DNA of 64,000 nucleotides from Eledone cirrhosa (Eukaryota): positions 82,460,001-82,524,000 of the forward strand of contig OZ024741.1 in assembly GCA_964016885.1 (NCBI GenBank), read 5' to 3'. Positions 24,960 through 35,951 of this stretch are shown here, piece by piece. The notes under the pieces are model-generated. The model made no database searches. It was not told the DNA's origin and saw only the letters and a list, made by a program, of their open reading frames with translations. The stretch's first letter is position 1, and every line of letters begins with the position of its first letter. Both the position numbers and the translations under genes were made by a program.

Positions 24960-27609
24960 CAAACCACTGCCGGGTAGAAAAGCAATAATTCATCTTCATT
25001 TAACTCCACGGATCGATAACACTTTCTCAATAGACTGTTCGACAATTTCAAAACAATTTGCACTGCTGTTCAGTTCAGGTATTGGCCGTATACCAAAGGC
25101 TCAACACCTTATTCAGCTTAAACCTGATGCGAAGCCAGTTGCAATATCTCAACCACGTCCAATTGCATTGGCTAAGGTGGATGCTGTTAAACAGGCATTG
25201 TCCGAAATGGTAGAGGCTGATCTAATTGAAGAAATAGATCACAGCGAATGGGTGCATCCAATGGTAGCAGTGATGAAAAAAGACGGTCGAATGCGCATAT
25301 GTTGTGATCTGCGGCAACTAAACAAGCAAATAATCGTCGATAAATTTGTGATACCGTCATTTGATGAACTGTTAGTTAAGCCGGCAGGGGCAAAGTGTTT
25401 CTCAGTCCTCGATATAACTAAAGCATATTTCCACCTCGAGCTGACCGATGAATCAAAGCATCTTACGGCATTTCTTACACCAGTGGGCCTCTTCCAATAC
25501 AAGGTTCTTCCTATGGGTTTGAGCTCAGCACCGGTAGCGTGGCAGAAATTCATTTCACATGCGTTTCAAAATATCAACGGCGTCATAGTTTACATGGATG
25601 ACATTTGTGTTTTTGGAAGCAATGAATAAACTCACAACTCGACACTTGATAAGGTTCTCACTCGACTTGAATCATTAAATCTTCGAATCAATTTAGATAT
25701 ATGTGTACTAAACTCATCCGAAATACCGTTCCTAGGCCACATCATCTCAGCCAATGGAGTTAAACCAAGCAAAGAGAACACAATGGCTATTCGGAATGCA
25801 CCGATTCCACAAAGGGCACAACAAGTTCGTCAATTTTGGGGTCTTTGTTCTTACTACCTTCGTTTTTTGCCCAATTTTGCTTCCATCTCAGAACCAATGC
25901 GTCGCCTAACAAAGAAAGATACGACTTTTGAATGGACAAGTGAGCAAGACGAAAGTTTTCAAGCAGTTGAGAATCTGTTAGTCTCAGCACCAGTTCTTTC
26001 TGTATTTGATATAAATTGTGACACCATTGTCTACACAGATGCTTCCGGCGTTGGCTTAGGGGCAGTTCTTGCGCAGGTCCAGAACAAGGTCGAAAGAGTA
26101 ATTGCATATGCTTCGAGGGTTCTTTCAACGGCTGAAAACGGCTACTCCTTAGGCGAAAAAGAAGCTCTAGCATGTATTTGGGCCTGTGACAAGTGGCATC
26201 TTTACTTGTTCGGTCGAAAATTCACTTTACGTACTGACCATTCTGCGCTAACAGCTCTGCTGCTCAAGGGTGGCAAGGCTCATCGTCCAATGATAACTGC
26301 GCGTTGGTATTCCCGGCTGCTCAACTACAATTTCATTATAGAGTACATCCGAGGGTCAAGCAATCAAGTAGCTGACGCACTTTCTCGGCTCCCAGAGCTT
26401 GGTTCGACACATGGTTCAAATGACGAAGATGAAATCATAGCTGCCAGCGAAAGCTCTCAAGAATGGGCAATGGCTCTTCAAGAGATTTCAACTGCAACCA
26501 CAAATGATCCGGTCCTTAAGACGGTCTTATCATATTTGATAGATGGTTGGCCTGCTAGAAAACACCTTGACCGTGCATTCTGGCCATTCTACAACTTACG
26601 AGGAGGACTCTCCTGCATCCAAGGTTGCTTGTGGCGTGCTTTCCTGCTCGTTATTCCCACTTTTCTTCGATCACGAGTCTTATCGCTAGCTCACGAGGGT
26701 CATCCGGGAATAGGTCGAACTAAGCAGCAACAGAGATCGCAATACTGGTGGCCCAGCATGGCATCGGAAGCTGAAAGACAAGTACGCTCTTGCTCGACAT
26801 GTTGCTCTGCCGATAAATCAGCCAAGCCTATCCCAGCTCCCGTTCAACCTGTTGAATATCCACTTCGACCGTGGGAAATGCTATCAATGGACGTTATGGG
26901 GCCATTTTCTACAGCACCTTTAAATCAGAGGTATATTGTGATCGTCATCTGTTATTACAGCCGTTTCCATGAAACTCTCCTTTGCAAAGAGCCTCTAACT
27001 TTGACTATTATTTCCTGGCTACGGAGGTTGTTTTCTCGTTACGGTTGCCCAGAGAATTTGGTCACTGACAACGGACCACAATTTCGGAGCCATCTGTTTA
27101 AACAGTTTCTGCAAGAGCATTCTATGAGGCATTCACGAACCGTGCATTACAATCCACAGGCGTATGGGCTGGTAGAAAGATTCAATCGCTCCATCAAAGA
27201 CAAAATCAAGACTGCACAGATAGATGGTAAGTCGTGGGCTGATGCCGTTCTCAGCGCTTCTACGACTTTGCGCGAGACCGTGCACGGAGCAACGGGAAGG
27301 ACACCAGCAGAGCTGTTTCTTGGCAGGCCGCTGAGAACAAAGTTCAATTCAACCATTCCTACAGCTGCAGTATCGCATGATTATGAAATGAAAATTCGTC
27401 AATATCAAGATAATTACCGCGTCGCAGTAGCAACAAGGAAGGTTGGCGACTATGTTCGAAGAAAATTTCTCTCATCAAAGAAAGGAGAGCACCGTTTTTC
27501 AAAGCCACTTAGAATCCTAAGAACAGTTGGTGAAGCAACATTTGAACTTGACGATGGACGCAAATGCAACGCTCGAAATTTATTCATTGCTGACAAGCCT
27601 AAAAAGTGA
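24960..27609 (+). pseudogene. Gypsy pol (RT, RNase H, integrase) with one in-frame stop at 25627-25629
   Basis: Motifs SEWVHP, RICCDLRQLN, LDITKAYFHL, YMDD, TDASGVGLGAVL, LRTDH, HHCC (AHEGHPG...CSTC), MDVMGP, TDNGPQF and VERFNR. ORFs 24862-25629 and 25783-27609 are in the same frame. Confidence 0.95.
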
Positions 27610-27617
27610 GAGGAAGA

Positions 27618-27916
27618 TGTTGTGAATGTTCTTCGTTCTGATTCAACATTTTATACATTATTCTACTTTCCCCTACACCTGTTTGTATCACGTGTGCATG
27701 ACTAATCATTTTTCATACATTCCCTTGTCTTAACGTTAAGCATTATCTGACTCCACTTTTGTCTGTTTTTGTACTCAACCAATCATCACGTGCATGAGTC
27801 ATACCCATTTAACACTTGTATAAATTGGTGTGTTTTGTTGTAATAAAGGTCTTCTTCCTCGTGAAGTTGCTAAACGGTTGTCTCCCTGAGTGGATTTTAA
27901 GCTGTTCCAAAACACT
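27618..27916 (+). repeat. 3' LTR
   Basis: Starts TG directly after the PPT and matches the 5' LTR. Confidence 0.9.
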
Positions 27917-28086
27917 ACGTTCTAACATTGAATAAAACATTGCTCTGATTATAAATGTTTATGTGACGTTGTGAAATTAACTATATTTTTGACACGTGGG
28001 GGTGTGGGTGTTGAGTGGATAAAATATTGATTGCATAATTAACATCCAAAATAATTAGCAAAAGACCTAATATGTATTACTATAAT

Positions 28087-28240
28087 CTGGTACGTCTTAA
28101 CAGCATTATAGGCCCCCGGGCAGATCTTACTGTATAGTATAGTATTTATCAATTGACAGCAAGTCGCTATATAAATAGATTACCATGCCCCCCCCCCCCG
28201 GGGCAACTGCCCAGCGTGCCCATGCGTCAAGACGGCCCTG
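28087..28240. mobile_element. hAT-type MITE
   Basis: 8-bp TSD actataat at 28079-28086 and 28241-28248. Imperfect TIRs ctggtacgtcttaac / gtcaagacggccctg. Confidence 0.8.
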
Positions 28241-28514
28241 ACTATAATGATAAATCGAATTGTGGGAAATTGACAAGATTTTTCTCTTCCTTGTGAAACC
28301 TAAATTTTATTGTTTGAAATAAGACAAATGATGTTTAAAAACAAACAGGTCACAAATATTTTATGTATTAAGTTTTACCTTATGCTCAGAATGCAAACAT
28401 TTGTCAGTGAAGTTCGCAGAAGATGAGTTATTTTCAAAAGGGACTCATTATCACCTTTGTTGTTAATCATTATACTGATTCTGCTTACTCCTTTTTCATG
28501 AAAAAACAAATTGT

Positions 28515-28900
28515 GGATATTACATGGCGAAAGAGTCAATACCTATAAACAATCTATTGTTTTCTAGACGATTTAATGCTGTATGGCGTAATGAAAAAGA
28601 AGTCGATTCACTTGTCCACACAGTGAGGATTGTAGCTGATGAGACAGGCATGAAGGTTGGATTAGACAAGTGCAAAATATTACAATGGAAAAAGGCAAAT
28701 TGTTTGAGATCGATGATATTGAAATACATGGTAGTAAAATAATGTCCCAAATTGAGGAAACGGGTAAAAATATTTCGGCATGTTTAAAGATGCAACTATT
28801 AGAACAGGCGAACAGGAGAGTGAGAAAATGTTCCAAGTCAAAACTGTATTCAGGAACGGTAACCCCTGGAATGAAAAAATAAGCTTTGGGAGAGGTGATG
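28515..28900 (+). pseudogene. Decayed R4/Dong-clade RT fragment
   Basis: INNLLF/LDDLMLYG (frameshifted) and RNEKEVDSLVHTVRIVADETGMKVGLDKC. Confidence 0.7.
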
Positions 28901-31090
28901 CATAGTGCTGCAGTAGTTGATTGGAGGAAACAATACCTTGAATGGGAAGAAGGACATATAAGATCCGCATTGCTGGAATCTCACCAGAAATAGACATCTG
29001 GAGGATCCTTAATTCCCAGTCCTAGAGGGAAGCAAATATCTCCTCGACGTAACGAGTGCCCAGGGGGAGACTGGTGTGGAATCAGTCTGGAGATACTTCT
29101 CCACATCAAACCATCAAAAAATATATCTCAGACCTAATTCGCCTTCTAGGTACCGTGTATCTCAGTGTCATTCTTGAACGCAAAAGTCCCTGCTGTCATG
29201 TTTGAGGGGGAAACGTACATTTAATAGATTTTTTCCCTCATCAGAAGACAGGGAACCACAAGCTTAATAACTGATTTTGGTATTGTTTTGATTCTGGTAT
29301 TGTTTTGATTTGTTATTTGATTCTGTGCTGTATCTTAAGTATCAACAAATCACTGTCTACCTGTTTGCTGTCTGAGACTACCTGAATCCTAGGAAACAAC
29401 AAACTCTGAAAGTTTAAAGTATAAAGTTGGAAGAGCTGGAAGATGAAAATTTCAGAAATAGGTTTGCGGATACCACTGTATCCAACTTCAAAGAATTCCC
29501 TCTGCAAGCTGAGAACGTTGAGTTGAGACAATTCAACTTGGGAGTTTCCGGTTCAGCTGTTAAATGCAGCCGGCGAATGCAGATGGCGTGACACCGGTTT
29601 GCTGAAGGACCCCTTGGTCCCATCAAGGGATCAATGATGCCATCCAAGTAAGGAAATAGGCTTACACAGTTTGGCTTGGAAATAAGTCCTCCTTCATGCT
29701 CCTGTGGTACAAACACGCACAAAGAATCATAGTAGAGACAATAAAGGCGTCCAAAGTTAAGATATGCGAGGAATTTTTGTGTTACGCTGTAATCCGACTT
29801 CAGGTCAGCAAAAACAGTGTACTAGCAGACCATCCACTCATTTTAAATTAAGAATCCATCTCCTCGCCTTTTGTCAGAATCGTGTTTGAGGTGGAGAGAA
29901 TAATTTGCTGGTCTCCTAAACGCGGTTTTAACAGAATAATCTGATGCACACGAGTGGAATCTGGGAGTTATAACTTACTTCTCGGAGTAGAAGTTCCAAT
30001 GCTTCGGTAAAATACGTCTGTGATAATAGTTAAAGTGGTTCAAAAAGTTAATTTTCAACTTGAGATTTTGAAGAATGACATGTATTTGGATGGTAAAAAA
30101 TTCAGATTTGCTCCTGTTGAAAAACAACATAGAAAATTAAAACTTACATACTTTCAAAATGTGATAGACTAAATGAATTTAAAATTCCAATGGAAAGAAG
30201 CAACAAATTAAAATCATTCTATGTCAAAAATAAATAGGAAATTAATTCGAAGACAAATTAATTTCCTGCAAAAATCATGTTTCCAAAAGTTTGTTTTATT
30301 AAATTTGTCATATTTCACTAACTGGAATGACACCATTCATTGTAGGCTTGTCTCCTTGAATACATTCTTACTAAACAAGTTGCCCAACACATAGAAACAT
30401 TCTTGGATTGAAAATACTTCTACAATGTTCATTAAAAAATATATTCAACATCAGAGATTATTTCTGAATTTATCATTAATCTTAGCAGCTTCACACAATG
30501 GAATATGACATGTCTTTTATTAATTCCAAATACATTGGTAAGAATATATATAATTTGAAACTGGGGATCCAAACTAAGAATGCACATGGTTTTAAAATTC
30601 CACAAAACAAAAATAAGAAAGCAATAATACAGAAAGTGTTTGGTGAGAATAAATTGCAATTACTGTGACAAATGCGTTGTTATAAGGATCATCCAATAGA
30701 ATAGATTTGTTGTGAAATTTAGTATTCCATAATGAAACACTTGAAATCTATGCATCAATCATATGTGACTATTGTCAATTTGGACAACATTTTAAAAGCC
30801 ACAAACTCGACATATCAAATGGATTCCAACAAAGCATCCTCATGACATTTAGAAACTTTAGTATTGATAAAATAATAACACAAAAGTAAGTAATCTGATG
30901 TATTCATTCAATTTGAATGCCCAAACAATCAAACACCCCGACACATCCAACTACACACACACATATATATGTATATATTTATATATAAAGGTTAGTGTGT
31001 GTGTATGCGTGAAAGCATAAATATATATATGCGTGAGTCTGTATACATACACACACACACACACGCTCACACACACACACACACAAACAT

Positions 31091-31133
<43 letters not shown>

Positions 31134-31191
31134 CATACATACATACATACATACATACATACATACGTATATATATGAATATATATATATA

Positions 31192-32830
31192 TAGTAATAA
31201 TAATACATTTCAAGACTAAAATCCAAAGAAGGCTCGATAAGGGTAAATATATAACAAATATATAAGAACCGTAGAGCAAATATTTATTAAAATAACAGAT
31301 TAAAGTTTAAGCAAAGAATCGCTGCTTTCACCCTTAACGGGATCTTCTGAAACTAACAAAGTCAATCTGTAAACGCAGAAGTGGATATTTCAAAAAACGT
31401 TGCAACCGGAGGAAGACAGGAAGACGATACTTTGGTTCGTGGAAACGTTCGCTGGCAAAGAACGGGAAAAAACGAATAAGATACGTCATTAATAGGAGCG
31501 GTGAAAAACGATTACGCGCAAAGACAGGGTCTACATAGGGTTAACCGCCAATAGATTCAAGCAGCGTCTTTACACGCATACCCATTCTTTTTGTTACCCT
31601 CTAAGAAGGAATATGACGTCACTTTCAGCTTATATCTGGAGTCTAAAAGACAACCACACCCAATATAAGTTACACTGGGAGATCCTAGCTAGGGCTAGAT
31701 CGTATAACGGAAATAAAAGACCATGTGACCTCTGCGCCGCTGAGGCCCTGGAAATACTCTACGCCACAGACCACATCTTAAACAAAAAATCTGAGGCAAT
31801 TTCGGCTTGTAAACATAAATTGCACAAAACTTTCCTGTATTACAGCCCCACGTTATACCCTAACGTATAGTACGATCTATACGTGGATATTTTACGTCTT
31901 GATGTGGGAGCTAAGTATATGTTTTGTTTATACCATTACTTATTTGCTTAGGTAAGTATATATTACCCGTATGTTTCGATAAGGTACGTATACCTTCTCG
32001 TACGTATATTTGATTGTTTATGTTATGGTGTATAATTTTTTTAATTTTTTCATTCTGGTACATACGGTTTGGCTATGTGTATACGGGAGTTTTGCGTCTG
32101 TGTGAGTATGCAGGTTCGTACGTATGTAGGGTGTGTGTATATGTGTACTTCATGTTTCGGTTGACTTACGTCTCCGAACATTCGTGTTTTTACATGTAGG
32201 TATGTGTTTATATATTTATTTATTTATTTGTATACACGCATACACACCCACATATTTATATGTGCGTGGTTTTGTATACCTATGGTAAGTGTTTCGCGTA
32301 TGCTTGTGTATGTCCGTATTTGTTTATTTCTATGACTTCTGTATTGTATTTATTTACTTTGTTCTTAACTCTGTAGCGGAGATTCATTCGGTCTCCTAGT
32401 TAGAATTTTAGTCTACGACTTCTGCTATACCATTTACGTGGTTTTTTCTTTGCGTGCTATTGTTCTCCAGCACCACATATGACGTATTATCTTCGTTTTT
32501 TCCGTTCATTGCCAGAGAACGTCTCTATGAACCACCTAAGAGAACATTAGTCTACGACCTCTTTTATACCATAAACGTGGTTCTGTCTTTGCGCGTAATT
32601 GTTTTTCGCCGCTCCTATTAATAACGTATCTTATTCGTTTTTTCCCGTTCTTTGCCAGCGAACGTTTCCACGAACCAAAGTATCGTCTTCCTGTCTTCAT
32701 CCGGTTGCAACGTTTTTTGAAATATCCACTTCTGCGTTTACAGATTGACTTTGTTAGTTTCAGAAGATCCCGTTAAGGGTGAAAGCAGCGATTCTTTGCT
32801 TAAACTTTAATCTGTTATTTTAATAAATAT
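31192..32830 (+). mobile_element. Truncated PLE (family C): inverted pseudo-LTR, GIY-YIG tail and 3' pseudo-LTR, flanked by (TA)n
   Basis: 31280-31527 is a near-perfect inverted repeat of 32583-32830 and encloses the GIY-YIG C-terminus. Confidence 0.88.
31529..31870 (+). pseudogene. PLE GIY-YIG endonuclease C-terminal half (probably Nematis-like)
   Basis: VYIGLTANRFKQRLYTHTHSF...TSLSAYIWSLK...WEIL...CDLCAAEALEI...LNKKSEAISACKH. Confidence 0.85.
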
Positions 32831-32846
32831 ATATATATATACATAT

Positions 32847-33393
32847 CTAAGGCGGGTAAAATTCCCGAGATCCATGGACGAGTTCTCTCCAGCGGTCTCT
32901 GTCCCTCATTATCGCTGCCATGTCCTGCATCTCCAACAGACCAGTGTCTGTCCTTAGGGCATCAACATACGTTAACCTTGGTCTTCCTCTTCTAGTGTGT
33001 CCATGTAGGGGCTCCCAAAGGAGTACTGAGTGCAATGTCAACTCTGGATGTCGGTGAGCATGTCCAGCTAACCCCAGTCTCTTCTGTGTCACTTTTGAGC
33101 TGACTTTTGGGATGCACCCATACAGCTCTGAGATTTTCATCCTCAGTGTATACTGATTAATGTTCAGAGCCATTTGGGAGCAAAGATTGGGAATACGGAA
33201 TATGATGTGGTTGAGAGGAAGAGCAAGGCCTGGGCGGCGTGCCACATCTTGAGATCGGTGTGGAAGTTGGACCTTCGTAGAGACCTGAAAATCCGCCTCT
33301 TCATTGCTGTAGTGGAGTCTGTGCGGCTGTATGGGTCTGAGACTTGGACACTGACCAAGAAACTCACTCAGATGGTGGATGGGTGCTACACGA

Positions 33394-33397
<4 letters not shown>
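32847..33397 (-). mobile_element. RTE-clade LINE 3' fragment with a 5' inversion
   Basis: Minus 33173-32847 reads MALNI...RLGLAGHAHRHPE...RRGRPRLTY...DRDRW*. Plus 33174-33397 reads LGAK...VESVRLYGSETWTLTK...DGCYTR. TA repeats flank both ends. Confidence 0.9.
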
Positions 33398-33434
<37 letters not shown>

Positions 33435-33456
33435 CATACATACATACATACATACA

Positions 33457-33490
<34 letters not shown>

Positions 33491-34717
33491 ACAGAGTGTT
33501 GTAGTTTCTGTGTGTGTTTGTCTGTATATATGACTGTATATTATATATATTGTGTTGTGTGTGATAGACATTTGAGGAGTTGTGAGAGATTACTGTACAG
33601 AGATTGAACTTTAAGTATTGTTTTATTTTTGCCCTTGCTATTTATGAGTCATGGGATCGAAAATGTTCCAGTCATGATCATGACATCTTTCGATCATTTA
33701 TTTAATATCTTAGCTCTCGTATACAATGCCGCCCTACTTTTCTAATTTTAATATTAAGATTGGGCGTTAGAAATTATGTGTTCCGGAATTTGATCTGTCT
33801 TTATGTCCTTATGTATCATGCAGATATTTCTGTAAACAATATATGTGTATATTAGAGTCTTTTTGTAATTTTGTTGATTACAGGAGGTTGTAGTTTGAGC
33901 ACATGATGCTATAACAGAGGGTATATATGAAGTATGATAACGAAATGTCCCTATAGAATGTTTTTATCCACCGTTACATAAATTTCATGGATGATTAGCA
34001 CGAGATCCTCATCAATGACATAGGTGTCTTATCCATGAGGATTTCGAAGCAATTATATGCAAAACAGTATTATTATATTTACACTGTGTTTAGCGCTACA
34101 CCTCGCTACAGACGTGAACCTAAACACCAAGGGCCAACCTGGGTGAACCTACAGTAACTTCACGTTACAATTCCTGTACGTATATACAGTATATATTTAC
34201 TACGCACAATTTCGAGGTTTCATAAATTATAAGAGATAATTGTGACATGTTTCAGTTTTATATCATCTTATCAGTGAAGCATATATTTCACCACTTTAAT
34301 AATTCTATTTTCTTATGTTTGGGATTTTTTACTCAACGATTTTTTTTTCTTATTAGCAATTCAATTCTCCCAGGATTACATATGTTAACACTAATGATTT
34401 TGTTTTTATTTATATAAATGTTGTATCTGACTTCTTTGAACTGCAATGTATAAAAGTTTAGAAATCCCCAGCGACTTCAGAAAATATATGATTTTCTGAG
34501 AAAGAAATACCAATGAATATAAACCAAACAAACAAGACATGTTTCTATAAGATGAGTTAAATTAAATTCTTTTCAATAGTTTACTAACATTTCATCTGAG
34601 CTCATTATCAATATAATTAAATATTTACTAATCCGAATCATGTAATCAGTGTAAAGTAAATTCCATTTAGTTAAAAGCTCTCTATTTTCTCAAAAGCCAA
34701 AAACACTTATTTAATCT

Positions 34718-34789
<72 letters not shown>

Positions 34790-34993
34790 ATATTAACACA
34801 AGCTAACTCCTATCAACTGCTGTCACAGATCGTTAACAAAAGCAACGTGCTGCAATTTGTATGCAAATTTATAGATATGTGGTTAAAGTGTTTGGTAGAA
34901 AACTATGTGGTTTCGGGATGATTCCAATCATATCGAATGGTATAAAAGTAAATCTCTACAGTTTGTGACGAAAACTGACGAGAACCATCCTAT

Positions 34994-35429
34994 ACTAGAT
35001 CTGAAAAATGCGCAAGCTCAAAAGAGCCACAGAATGTTATAATCAACCTTCAAAAGTGTGGGACTAGAGTTGTTGCTCAAAAATATTGTAATCATTATCT
35101 ATCGGACACTCTATGGCATCGTTTTATAAAAAAGAGACTCATAACGAACTCAAGACGACACGATAATTATTTAAGCTAATGTTCAATATCTCATAGCAAT
35201 GATTAATACGAAATGCTCTTAAACCGAATTCTATATTATGAATTCACTTAAATAATTATCGTGTGGTCTGGAGTTCGTTATGAGTCTCTTTTTTTATAAA
35301 AGGATGCCACAGAGTGTACGATAGATAATGATTACAATATTTTTTAGCAACAACTCTAGTCCCATCATTTTGAAGGTTTATTATAACATTCTGTGGCTCT
35401 TTTGATCTTGCGCATTTTTCAGGTCTAGT
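34994..35429. mobile_element. Foldback MITE with ~185-bp terminal inverted repeats
   Basis: actagatctgaaaaatgcgcaag...gataattatttaag is inverted at cttaaataattatc...cttgcgcatttttcaggtctagt, around a short spacer. Confidence 0.85.
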
Positions 35430-35729
35430 TTAATATTTTTTTAAGGCAACGCTTGTAATAACTCTAGTTAAACATGATATATTTAATAAATTATCGTTGT
35501 AATGTAATTAAATTATATAATCGTTATTTTATAAATGATCTTATAAATATCATTGTAAGATGTATACAAATATTTTCAGACTTTTAATATAAACAACTAC
35601 AAAAAACAATCAATATTAAATAAATATATATTACATAATAATTGTTATAGTTGAATTAATACAAATTAAATATTACATACAAATCGTCTAACATAATAAT
35701 AAAAAAATAATCTAACATAATAATAATTG

Positions 35730-35914
35730 TTTCTACTTTTGGCACAAGGCCAGCAATTAACCAGTGTATTACTGGTATTTTATTTTATCGACCCCATAAG
35801 GATGAAAGGCAAAGTTAATCTCGGCGGGATTTGAATTCAGAATGGCAAGGGCCGTAAATCTATGCGTCAAAGCATGCCGTCCGACACTCTACCGATACTG
35901 ACAATCCACCGCCA
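35730..35914 (-). mobile_element. tRNA-derived SINE of octopus type
   Basis: Contains ttttatcgaccccataaggatgaaaggcaaagttaatctcggcgggatttgaattcagaa. Related decayed copies lie at ~43490-43540, 47545-47670, 48820-48960 and 56390-56550. Confidence 0.75.
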
Positions 35915-35920
35915 TCTAAC

Positions 35921-35949
<29 letters not shown>

Positions 35950-35951
<2 letters not shown>

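Larger units (their letters stand above)
24107..27916 (+). mobile_element. Ty3/Gypsy LTR retrotransposon, decayed, with an internal deletion
   Basis: ~300-bp direct LTRs, PBS-like tggcgtcgcga at 24407, PPT gagaggaaga before the 3' LTR, and domain order gag-RT-RNaseH-IN. Confidence 0.95.

Noticed and set aside
28636-28643. CTGATGA motifs here and at ~20774 as hammerheads
   Set aside because: They lie inside LINE coding remnants with no stem II/GAAA or flanking stems.
29450-30900. Possible LINE C-terminus and hAT transposase remnants
   Set aside because: Only isolated weak motifs are present, in inconsistent order.
32847-33485. 212-aa ORF as a single protein
   Set aside because: It reads through microsatellite and the inverted RTE segment.
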